From an uncultured Eubacteriales bacterium (GTDB lineage Bacteria; Bacillota; Clostridia; Oscillospirales; Acutalibacteraceae), in NCBI GenBank assembly GCA_964568955.1, contig CAZMSM010000001.1:20662-84661 (forward strand): a stretch of DNA of 64,000 nt, in the 5' to 3' direction. Shown here one piece after another: positions 38,675 to 47,608 of the stretch. The notes beneath the pieces are model-generated. The model was given only the letters and a program-made list of their open reading frames with translations. It had not been told where the DNA came from and made no database searches. The number at the start of each line of letters is the position of its first letter. Within the stretch, counting starts at the first letter, position 1. The translations under genes and the position numbers were made by a program.

Positions 38675-40405
38675 ATGAAAAAGTTTTCATCCGGATTTTT
38701 CAAGTTTTCTGCTCTTTCGGCAGGGTCGGTCGCTCTTGTTATGGCGATGAAGAGGAAAAAAATTGAGCCCGTGACGCTGACCAAAAAAGCTGTCCGTTCA
38801 ATGAAGTTAACCATCCCGGAAAATAAAAAGTATCAAAACGCCGCTGCGCTGACACCGCCTATGGGGTGGTCAAGCTGGAATACTTTTCGTAACAACATTG
38901 ACGAAAACCTTGTTCTTGAAGTTGCCCGTGCCATGAAAGAAAGCGGTCTTATCGATGCGGGGTATACCTATGTGAACATAGATGACTGTTGGCAGTCTTC
39001 CATCAGGGACGAAAACGAGAGGCTTCAAGGTGATTTTGTTCATTTCAGTAACGGAATAAAGAACCTTGTGGAACAAGTCAATGCGCTTGGTATAAAACTT
39101 GGAATATATAGCTCGAACGGAACATTAACCTGTGAAGACTTACCCGCAAGCTTGGGTTACGAAGCTATTGATGCAAAAACATTTGCCGAATGGGGAATTG
39201 AATATTTTAAATATGACTTTTGTCATAATGTCCCGATTCCGATGCGCGCGCCATATATTGAAAGTATCTCCGTGAGCAAGGCCGGCAGTAAAGACGAGCT
39301 TATTTTTAACGCTCAAGATGCCGTGTTAATCGGTGAAGCCAGGATTGCTGAGGACGAAAAGTTAAAAACCGGTCAATATATAGCAGGGCTTACTGCCGGT
39401 GGCGGCGCAGTCGAGTTTAATGATATTGAGGTTGACTCGGAAGGCGAATATATCCTTACCCTCAATATCAGGAAAAAAAGCAATAGTTACAAATATTTTG
39501 AATTATTGGTAAACGCAGAAGATTTATATTCATCAACTGTTCCGCCGACAAAGGCATGGAGTGCCCAAGGCAGGCAGCAAATGAAAATTAATCTTTTAAA
39601 GGGCAAAAACACAATAAAGATATATAATCCCGTTGCGTCAAGACAGGACAGTGCAGCAATTCAATACATAAAAATGGGCGAAGAACTGATTAGTGCAACG
39701 CAAGCTTTTGCAGAAAAAACCGGCCAGCCCGAAAAACCAATTGTCTATTCCATTTGCGAGTGGGGTGTGAACTTGCCTTGGAATTGGGGCAAGCAAGCAG
39801 GAAATCTATGGCGCACTACACCGGATATCAAACCATACTGGGTTTCGGTTTTAGGCATATATGAAATTAACGTTCTGCTACACAAACATTCTCAAATCGG
39901 TGCTTGGAACGACCCTGATATGTTAGAAGTTGGGAACGGCAACCTAACCTATAACGAGAACGTTTCCCACTTTACACTGTGGTGCATGATGGCGGCACCG
40001 CTGATTCTTGGCAACGATGTCAGAGAGTTTCTGAAAGACGATGGTACAATCGATATGGAAAACGAAATTTTAAAGATTATTACAAATAAAGACATGATAG
40101 CTGTTGATCAAGACGCCTTGGGTATACAGTGTCGCCGCTTTAAGACGAACGGCATATGTGATACGCTTGTAAAACCACTTGAGAACAATGAATTGGCTTT
40201 GTGCTTTTTCAACAAGGGTTGTGAAGAAAAAGTGTTCGAGCAAAACATACAGGAACTGGTATGTCAAATGTATATTGATTTACCTTTTGCTGAAAAATAT
40301 GAAGCGTTTGACCTTTGGGAAAAGACGACGGAAATTATCAGCAACACCATTTATGCATGCGTCCCGGCTCACGGTGTAAAGGTGTTCAGGATCAAATCGA
40401 TGTAA
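38675..40405 (+). CDS. GH27-family alpha-galactosidase / alpha-N-acetylgalactosaminidase-like glycosidase, membrane-anchored or secreted, with a nested insertion
   Basis: GH27 motifs PPMGWSSWN, YVNIDDCWQ, KYDFC (nucleophile region), SICEWG, WRTTPDI and NDPDMLEVGN. There is an N-terminal hydrophobic signal or anchor. About 140 extra residues lie between KYDFC and SICEWG. Confidence 0.85.
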   Translation: MKKFSSGFFKFSALSAGSVALVMAMKRKKIEPVTLTKKAVRSMKLTIPENKKYQNAAALTPPMGWSSWNTFRNNIDENLVLEVARAMKESGLIDAGYTYVNIDDCWQSSIRDENERLQGDFVHFSNGIKNLVEQVNALGIKLGIYSSNGTLTCEDLPASLGYEAIDAKTFAEWGIEYFKYDFCHNVPIPMRAPYIESISVSKAGSKDELIFNAQDAVLIGEARIAEDEKLKTGQYIAGLTAGGGAVEFNDIEVDSEGEYILTLNIRKKSNSYKYFELLVNAEDLYSSTVPPTKAWSAQGRQQMKINLLKGKNTIKIYNPVASRQDSAAIQYIKMGEELISATQAFAEKTGQPEKPIVYSICEWGVNLPWNWGKQAGNLWRTTPDIKPYWVSVLGIYEINVLLHKHSQIGAWNDPDMLEVGNGNLTYNENVSHFTLWCMMAAPLILGNDVREFLKDDGTIDMENEILKIITNKDMIAVDQDALGIQCRRFKTNGICDTLVKPLENNELALCFFNKGCEEKVFEQNIQELVCQMYIDLPFAEKYEAFDLWEKTTEIISNTIYACVPAHGVKVFRIKSM

Positions 40406-40484
40406 TTTGTTTTCTAAAACAATCTTCGATCTATGTTTTGTCGAACATTTACCATAAGCCAACACTGAAAAATAAGGAAATAAT

Positions 40485-41381
40485 ATGCATTATATTATCA
40501 TGGATCTGGAATGGAACAACACATACGGCAGAAAAATAAATGGATTTATTAATGAAATAATAGAAATCGGCGCAGTGAAGTTGGATGAAGAGTTAAATGT
40601 GATTGACACGTTTACTCGTCTTATCCGTGTTCAGATTGGGAAAAAGTTGCGCGGAAGTGTCAAAAGACTCACGAACATTACCAATGAGGACATTAGCTCC
40701 GGTACGCAATTTGCACAGGTGTTTGCAGAATTTGGGCGTTGGTTGGGCTCGGGTGAAACCACCATGTTAACCTGGGGCGATGGGGATATCAGGGTATTGA
40801 TTGACAACTATCGTTACCTCAAAGGAATTGAAACCATTCCGTTCTTATCCAGTTATGCTGATTTGCAAAAATTATTTCAGAATGTATACAAAACCTCTTC
40901 ATCCAAACAAATTGGGCTGATTTGTGCCGCAAAACTTGTCGGAATAGATGCCGAAAAGTATGCGAATCATCGAGGGCTGGATGACAGCATGCTCAGCGTG
41001 GAAATATTCATCAAGTGCTTTGATGCCGAACAGCTGGCAAAAATTACCAGGGTATGTGACAAAACATTTTATGAAAGATTGGCTTTCAAAGCATTTGCCA
41101 TCACAAATATTGAAAATCCGCTTGTTGACCGGTCTGTGCTTAGCTATTCATGTGAGAAATGTCACAACAGGGCAAAACAATTGACCGAGTGGAAAAACGT
41201 CAACCAATACTTCAGGGCAGAGTTTTATTGCGTAAAGTGTGACCAAAGATATAAAGTCAGTGTAAGGTTTAAAAAATATTTTGACAGGCTGGACATCAGG
41301 AAGACTTCTTCTGTTATTGAAAACATACCTGATGAAAATGACTGCGAAAATTTTCTCGAAGCGAAAGAAAATGTTGTTTAA
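40485..41381 (+). CDS. DEDDh-type 3'-5' exonuclease (KapD/ERI-1-like) with a C-terminal CxxC...CxxC zinc-ribbon-like region
   Basis: Exo motifs I (IIMDLEWN), II (WGDGDIRVL) and III (HRGLDDSML). The C-terminus carries CEKC...CVKC. Confidence 0.75.
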   Translation: MHYIIMDLEWNNTYGRKINGFINEIIEIGAVKLDEELNVIDTFTRLIRVQIGKKLRGSVKRLTNITNEDISSGTQFAQVFAEFGRWLGSGETTMLTWGDGDIRVLIDNYRYLKGIETIPFLSSYADLQKLFQNVYKTSSSKQIGLICAAKLVGIDAEKYANHRGLDDSMLSVEIFIKCFDAEQLAKITRVCDKTFYERLAFKAFAITNIENPLVDRSVLSYSCEKCHNRAKQLTEWKNVNQYFRAEFYCVKCDQRYKVSVRFKKYFDRLDIRKTSSVIENIPDENDCENFLEAKENVV

Positions 41382-41431
41382 AACGGATGAAAACTGTTAA
41401 CGGTTATAGGAAATTATTTGAGGTTGTTTAT

Positions 41432-44413
41432 ATGACAGTTAAAACAAAAAAAATAATGTTAGCAACAGCCGCTGTAGCTATGCTTTGCGTAGCTATGGCA
41501 ACAGCTGTATTCTTAAGCGGTGGATTACATCATATATCCGGTGTGTTTAACAGCGAAGTCGACACCACAACCGAAAGCCAAACACAAGCAACGACTATCC
41601 CTACCGTTGCAAGAGTAAAAACCGAAAGACCGGAAAAAATCAGAGGTGTATGGTTTACTGCGGGAATAGATTATTTAACAGACATAACCCTGACGGATGA
41701 GCAAACCGAAAGCGAGATTGCATCAAAAATTCAAGATATAAAATCAATGGGGTTTAACACCGTTTTTTTCGATTGGGAGTTGTCTACAGCCTCACGATTA
41801 CTTGATAAAAACGATGATGGGTTGTCGCTTTTGGGGCTTTGTCTCGAACACGCGCGAAAGAATAATTTATTTATCGTCGTTACATTGCCGATAAATGAAT
41901 GCTTTTCTGACGGTGACGACAATAAGCCGGATAGGAGCAAAGTTGAGGGTTTTGTCAAAACATATAACGCAGATGTCATCCTTGTTTCGGGCATAGAGGC
42001 ATTACAAAGCAAGCTGACGGGGAAAACAACGACCGAAATTCAAGAAACCGTATCGGAATATCTGTCAACATTTTACTTGGCTGCATCATCCAGTGATGAA
42101 TTGTTGCTTGTAGGCTCACTGGCGCTTGAAGATGATCCGTTAACGCCAACTGTTATTCAAAATCTTGTTTCTACCAACGACAGCAATATCTTCTTGTTGG
42201 AATCATCTGTTTCAAACACGGCTGTCGATGCGAAGACAAAGAAAACGCGTGAGGATAGCAAAAACACCTTAAACAAATTCGTCGGCAAGTACATATCCGG
42301 TCAAAAGATTGATGCACTGTTCTCCGGGAAAAAAGCCAACGGTATTACTGACATTATCCACTGCATATCAGCAGGGGAAAACACCGACAACTCTTTTGGC
42401 ACTGCCTTTCGTTGTTACTCTTTGATAAAAAACGATACCACCGGATTAGCGAAAGCATTTTTGGAGCACTTAGAGAACCTTAACAAGAATGGATTTGGCA
42501 AAGTGTTTTCAGTTTTTAATCAAAAAAGCAACGAGATTAAAACGAACGAATCCAAAATTAATTTTACCGGCAACTGTGTTGCAAATTTACCATTGACTTG
42601 CAATGGCAAAAACATTGAAACCTCAAAAATCGGTGATTTTTCTGTTGATTATGATCTTACGCCGGGCGTGAATAATTTTGAATTTAAACAAGGGGATGCA
42701 AGCTATTCATACAAGGTCGTTTATGAAGTTGATATTTTAAAAAAAGTGTCACCAAAAGGCAATATTACCGCCCCCGGGGGAACGGTAATAGAAATTACTG
42801 CCGTTGCTTTAAAAAATGCTGAAGTATCTGTAACCATAAACAAAAAAACACTTAAAATGAAACAGGGGACCGGTCTTGATTTAAACAATGAAAATGAAGA
42901 TAAATCTCCGGATACATCCTCCGATTATGTAACTTATTACGGTCAATATGTCTTGCCCAAAGGCGCAGCCGCTCAACAAAATCTTGGGACGGCCAGTGTT
43001 CAAGCAAAATATAATGGTTTAAGCAAAAAGCTCACCGGCGCAAAAGTTACAGTTACCGCAAATCCTCCTGTAACGGTGGTAGCGACGACAGAGCCTATCA
43101 CAGAGCCTATCACGGAACCACAGAGCGTTGAAACAACATCATCATCAACAACTCCTACAGAACCCACAACACCAACAACACCAACAACAATTCCAATTCC
43201 TACACAACTGCTTACGCCATATAATTACGCGGGAGTACCCGGCGTTTCAAGAATGTGTGAAATAATGGTTGGTCATTGCGAAGCAATGCCTTTTTCTCCG
43301 TTTAATAATGCTTCATATCCGCTTACAACACCGCTGCTTGCGGGTATGTTTGATTATATTGACGGCGAGTCCAGTTATGAAAAATATCTCTATTACCATT
43401 TACGCTCGGGGAAACGGGTGTACAGGGAGGAAGTAAAGGTAATAGGAAGTGGATACAATATGCCGCTCAACAAAATTCAAACACTAAACAGCTCAACAAA
43501 AAATGATACCGTAATAAACCTTGCGCTGACATGGAAAGTCCCGGTTAATGTCGTGGTGAAAGGACAAAATTACGCTAAAATAAACAGCAATAATTTCGAA
43601 GTTTGGAGTTTTACCGGTAACTGCATTGAATTCACTTTTTCATATACAGCACAAGCGTTGGGTGCGGTCGATGTTTCAGGCAGCAACATCATCAGTAGTG
43701 CCGAATGGTCAACAGACCCTGCCAAACAAACCTCTGCGCTAAGGCTGTATTTTAAAAGGACAGGTGTATTCTATGGTTATGACATTTCATACAATGAAGA
43801 CGGAAGCTTTAAAATACTAATCAAGAACAAACCTTCCAATGCCCTGTCAGGGTATAAGATAATGTTGGACCCGGGGCATGGTGGCAAAGACAGCGGCGCA
43901 ATTTGCATTTCAACCACCCCCGCAAACATGAAGTATGAAAAGCATATTAATCTTGCCTTGGCATTAAAGATCAAACAAAGGCTTGAGTCAAACGGGGCTA
44001 CAGTATTGATGACCCGTAGTAACGACAGCGCAGTTGAAGTGAATGACAGAAGGATAATGATTTATAACACGAAACCGGATTTGAATATCAGTATTCATTG
44101 CGACGGTTCAACCAATTCAAGTGTTTTCGGAACATCATCGTTCTATTATTATCCGCAATCTTTTCCTTTTGCAAACGCACTGCGTGAAGAGATACTGGCT
44201 TGTTATTCCAACAGTATACGCCCGACAAATGACAGGCATACGAAATATTCTCGATTTATGATTACGAGACTCGAGATTTGTCCGTCCATCCTAATTGAAT
44301 ATGGGTTTGTTACTAATTTGGAAGAATGCAGGTTATTACAAAATGATGCAAATCAAAACAAACTTGCAGACGCAACGGTTCAAGGGATAATCAAATTTAT
44401 AGCACAAAATTAA
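41432..44413 (+). CDS. Large membrane-anchored cell-wall enzyme with an N-terminal GHL10-like domain, Ig-like/PT-linker region and C-terminal N-acetylmuramoyl-L-alanine amidase (Amidase_3)
   Basis: TM anchor (MLATAAVAMLCVAMATAVFL), a GHL10-like segment (IRGVWFTAGIDY...MGFNTVFFDW), TEPITEPITEP and PT-rich linkers, and the amidase_3 motifs LDPGHGGKDSGA and SIHCDG. The ATG at 41432 follows TGAGGTTG. Confidence 0.8.
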   Translation: MTVKTKKIMLATAAVAMLCVAMATAVFLSGGLHHISGVFNSEVDTTTESQTQATTIPTVARVKTERPEKIRGVWFTAGIDYLTDITLTDEQTESEIASKIQDIKSMGFNTVFFDWELSTASRLLDKNDDGLSLLGLCLEHARKNNLFIVVTLPINECFSDGDDNKPDRSKVEGFVKTYNADVILVSGIEALQSKLTGKTTTEIQETVSEYLSTFYLAASSSDELLLVGSLALEDDPLTPTVIQNLVSTNDSNIFLLESSVSNTAVDAKTKKTREDSKNTLNKFVGKYISGQKIDALFSGKKANGITDIIHCISAGENTDNSFGTAFRCYSLIKNDTTGLAKAFLEHLENLNKNGFGKVFSVFNQKSNEIKTNESKINFTGNCVANLPLTCNGKNIETSKIGDFSVDYDLTPGVNNFEFKQGDASYSYKVVYEVDILKKVSPKGNITAPGGTVIEITAVALKNAEVSVTINKKTLKMKQGTGLDLNNENEDKSPDTSSDYVTYYGQYVLPKGAAAQQNLGTASVQAKYNGLSKKLTGAKVTVTANPPVTVVATTEPITEPITEPQSVETTSSSTTPTEPTTPTTPTTIPIPTQLLTPYNYAGVPGVSRMCEIMVGHCEAMPFSPFNNASYPLTTPLLAGMFDYIDGESSYEKYLYYHLRSGKRVYREEVKVIGSGYNMPLNKIQTLNSSTKNDTVINLALTWKVPVNVVVKGQNYAKINSNNFEVWSFTGNCIEFTFSYTAQALGAVDVSGSNIISSAEWSTDPAKQTSALRLYFKRTGVFYGYDISYNEDGSFKILIKNKPSNALSGYKIMLDPGHGGKDSGAICISTTPANMKYEKHINLALALKIKQRLESNGATVLMTRSNDSAVEVNDRRIMIYNTKPDLNISIHCDGSTNSSVFGTSSFYYYPQSFPFANALREEILACYSNSIRPTNDRHTKYSRFMITRLEICPSILIEYGFVTNLEECRLLQNDANQNKLADATVQGIIKFIAQN
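43088..43123 (+). repeat. In-frame 12-bp tandem repeat (ACAGAGCCTATC x2 plus a variant, encoding TEPI-TEPI-TEPQ), followed by a PT-rich linker
   Basis: Read directly from the sequence. The PT-rich stretch continues to about 43210. Confidence 0.8.
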
Positions 44414-44448
44414 ACCTACTCTTAAGCGATAGGGGATATATAGCTGTT

Positions 44449-45315
44449 TTATTTAACACCGGGTTCAATAATTTCTGCTGACCACGAAAAAGAGAACTGT
44501 CCATTAACATCGAGGCTTTGAATCCCTCTTTTTTGCGAGATGTCTTTTACAAGTTGATGGCTGTCATTGATCCCGTACCATGGCTCAATGCAAACATATG
44601 GAGCCGCAGGTTTTGCCCAAATTCCCAAAAAAGGCGCATCGCCAAAATTAAAGTGAAGCTCCCGGCTATGCCCGGGACTTCTAAGTTTTACACAGGATGA
44701 TTTATAACCGGACAAAAAAAGTGCATCGTTTATAAAAATGTCTTTTGTTATTTCCAGTGATTTGGCGTTGTCAAGCAGAGGAAACTTTTCATCAATAATA
44801 ATCGCTTTTTTGTCAATTCTTTCGGTTCGTATGGTTTCTTCTTTTTCAAATTCCAAAAAATCACCGATATTACAGTTAAAACCCGGATGGGCACCGATAG
44901 AAAAGAATATAGTTTTGTTATCTGTATTAATAACGCTGTGGGTTACCTTTATTTGATTGTCTTTAAGCTCGAATTTTATTTGCAATTCAAAATCGAAAGG
45001 AAAAACCAATAAAGTATTTTCGTTGCTAAAAAGAGAAAAAGTGACGCTCGAAGGCGCTTCATCCGTTAAAATAAACTCGCTTTTTGTTGCAAAGCCGTGC
45101 TTGGGCAAAAAATATTCTTTACCGTTATAATTGTATTTCCCTTGATATAGCTGCCCGATTATCGGGAAAAGAATGGGTGACCTACTGCTCCATATTTTAG
45201 GATCACCTTGCCATAAATACTCCACTCCACTGGTTTTTGATTTAAGGGAATACAACTCAGCACCAAAACCATTGATCTGCGCACTTAAAAATTTGTTTTC
45301 AATTTTAACTATCAA
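44449..45315 (-). CDS. Aldose 1-epimerase (galactose mutarotase-like, LacX-type) family protein
   Basis: This is the only clear minus-strand gene. It has mutarotase-fold features (YLWQGDPKIWSSRSPILFPIIG, GAHPGF, CIEPW). Confidence 0.8.
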   Translation of the reverse strand: MIVKIENKFLSAQINGFGAELYSLKSKTSGVEYLWQGDPKIWSSRSPILFPIIGQLYQGKYNYNGKEYFLPKHGFATKSEFILTDEAPSSVTFSLFSNENTLLVFPFDFELQIKFELKDNQIKVTHSVINTDNKTIFFSIGAHPGFNCNIGDFLEFEKEETIRTERIDKKAIIIDEKFPLLDNAKSLEITKDIFINDALFLSGYKSSCVKLRSPGHSRELHFNFGDAPFLGIWAKPAAPYVCIEPWYGINDSHQLVKDISQKRGIQSLDVNGQFSFSWSAEIIEPGVK

Positions 45316-45529
45316 TATGACCCCTCCTGATTGGCATTGTCGAAACTTTCAAAAATTATATCAGCATATCTCGCTAAAAGCAAACCGAAAACATGACTTG
45401 TTGGGTGTTGACATATTACTGTTTGATTTGCCGGCCAGGCTTAAAAGGGCACGTTATGAGGACTTTGTGGGTAATCGTCTTGATTGTTGATATATATAGT
45501 GTTAAAATGATTTAATTGAAACTGAAGGA

Positions 45530-47590
45530 ATGAATTGCTTGGTTAGAAAACAATGGAAAATAACCGAATATGACAAAGATTTAGCCGCGCAAATTGCACA
45601 GGACCATCACCTCAATCCTTTTACGGCATTGCTTGCGACATCAAGAGGACTGGTAGACGACAGCGATGTTTCTGCTTTTTTTAACGATTGTAACGATGAG
45701 CTAATGGACCCTTATGATTTACCGGATATGAAGGCCGCGGTATCAAGGCTCGAAAAAGCGATTGAAAATTTTGAATCGATACTGATTTTTGGGGATTATG
45801 ATGCGGACGGTGTTACCGCAACCGCGCTCTTGTACGCCTACCTTGAGGCAAGTGGCGCCAATGTGCAAGCCTTTATTCCTGACCGATTGACGCAGGGGTA
45901 TGGTTTAAGCACGAATGTGGTAAACATTATAAAAGAAAAAGGGGCAAAAATAATTGTAACCGTCGATAACGGTATTAGTGCGATAGAGGAAGCGAAGCTT
46001 ATTTCTTCCATGGGAATGGAACTGATTATTACCGACCATCACAAACCAAAAGATGTTTTGCCTGATGCTGTTGCGGTAATTGATCCCCATCGTAAGGATT
46101 GCACCTGCGCCTTTGTGGATTTTGCGGGTGTGGGCGTTGCGTTTAAGCTTGTGTGTGCGCTTGACGGGGGCGACCCTTTCGATTTGCTTCAAGAGTTTGG
46201 AGACATCCTGGCAATTGGAACGGTTGGCGATATCGTCCCACTTGTCGGTGAAAATAGGATTCTAGTAAAAAAAGGTATCGATGTCATCAACAATTCCCCG
46301 CGAATAGGTGTGCGTGCGTTACTCGCAGTCGCAGGTGTGGGGGATAGAACAATTAATTCGTCGAGCATTGCTTATGCACTTTGTCCGAGAATCAACGCGG
46401 CGGGCAGAATGGGGTCAGCGGAAAGAGCACTTGAATGCCTGCTTGCGGAAGATGAAAAGCATGCAGAAGAACTCGCGAGAGAAATAAATGACGAGAACAT
46501 TCTTCGAAGAGAAATAGAGGAAGGCATTTCCAATAAAGTTGAACAGTTGTTTATCGATAATCCCAAGCGTAAATTTGACAGAATCATTGTTGTTGATGGA
46601 GATGAATGGCACAGCGGGGTCATTGGTATAGTCGCTTCCCGCCTTGCGCAAAAATACGGTCGCCCTTGCATGGTGATAGCAAAAGATGGCCTGTCAGCTC
46701 GAGGGTCCGGTCGTAGCATCGAGGGTTTCTCACTTTATAATGCGCTTGAGGCCGTCTCCGGATTACTGACACATTTCGGTGGGCATCCCCTTGCCGCCGG
46801 ATTTGAAATCTTGGTTGAAAATATCCCCGAGTTCAGACAGGCATTAAATGATTATGCGAAAAAAGTTAAAATGCCTTTTCCCATTCAAAGGATTGATTTT
46901 AAACTCAACCTAAAATCAGTGCAAACGGATCTCGTTGATGCTGTGTCGACTTTTGAACCCTATGGGGCTAAAAATCCTCAACCGATATTCGGGCTTTTTG
47001 GAATGAGTCTTGAATCCATTCAGCCCGTTTCTCAAGGTAAACATACGCGCATACAAATATCAAAAGGGCAAAGTAAAACGAATGCAATTATTTTTAATTG
47101 TGCTACCGATGCTTTTCCCTATGAAAAAGGTGACATCGTTGATCTAGCCGTTACGCTGGAGAATAATGAGTACAAAGAAGTGTTGAGTGTAAATACACAG
47201 GTTCAAAATATACGAGTATCATCCCTCGATGAAGAGAAACTGCTTTGCGGGTTTAGGCTGTATGAACGTTACAAGCGCGGGGAAAGGTTACCCGAGGACC
47301 GTCTTGATTCAATTTTCCCTGATCGGGACCTATTTGCAAGCATTTACAGGAGAATTAAGGATGATAACATTAACATAATCGACCCGGACACACTTTGTCG
47401 TAAAATACAAGATGACGGGGGCAAAATTGCGGCGGTTATGATAGCGGTTGAGGTGATGCTTGAGATGGGCTTGATCTCGAAGAATGATAACGGAAAATTA
47501 ATATCAAACGTTGTTAAAAGCAAAGTCAATCTTGAAGATTCTCAAATTCTATATAGTTTAAAACAGCGTTTTATTACAGAAAAAGTATGA
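45530..47590 (+). CDS. recJ: Single-stranded-DNA-specific exonuclease RecJ
   Basis: DHH motifs (IFGDYDADGVT, VDNGIS, ITDHH), the DHHA1 domain (GGHPLAAG) and a C-terminal OB-like region. Confidence 0.93.
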   Translation: MNCLVRKQWKITEYDKDLAAQIAQDHHLNPFTALLATSRGLVDDSDVSAFFNDCNDELMDPYDLPDMKAAVSRLEKAIENFESILIFGDYDADGVTATALLYAYLEASGANVQAFIPDRLTQGYGLSTNVVNIIKEKGAKIIVTVDNGISAIEEAKLISSMGMELIITDHHKPKDVLPDAVAVIDPHRKDCTCAFVDFAGVGVAFKLVCALDGGDPFDLLQEFGDILAIGTVGDIVPLVGENRILVKKGIDVINNSPRIGVRALLAVAGVGDRTINSSSIAYALCPRINAAGRMGSAERALECLLAEDEKHAEELAREINDENILRREIEEGISNKVEQLFIDNPKRKFDRIIVVDGDEWHSGVIGIVASRLAQKYGRPCMVIAKDGLSARGSGRSIEGFSLYNALEAVSGLLTHFGGHPLAAGFEILVENIPEFRQALNDYAKKVKMPFPIQRIDFKLNLKSVQTDLVDAVSTFEPYGAKNPQPIFGLFGMSLESIQPVSQGKHTRIQISKGQSKTNAIIFNCATDAFPYEKGDIVDLAVTLENNEYKEVLSVNTQVQNIRVSSLDEEKLLCGFRLYERYKRGERLPEDRLDSIFPDRDLFASIYRRIKDDNINIIDPDTLCRKIQDDGGKIAAVMIAVEVMLEMGLISKNDNGKLISNVVKSKVNLEDSQILYSLKQRFITEKV

Positions 47591-47608
47591 TGTACAGGAG
47601 GTAACCCG

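Noticed and set aside
45173-45490. A 105-aa + strand ORF spanning the 5' end of the aldose epimerase gene and the divergent promoter region. A similar case is 40315-40539, which bridges the GH27 gene and the exonuclease gene.
   Set aside because: They overlap better-supported genes or promoter DNA, have no SD, and show no recognisable protein features.
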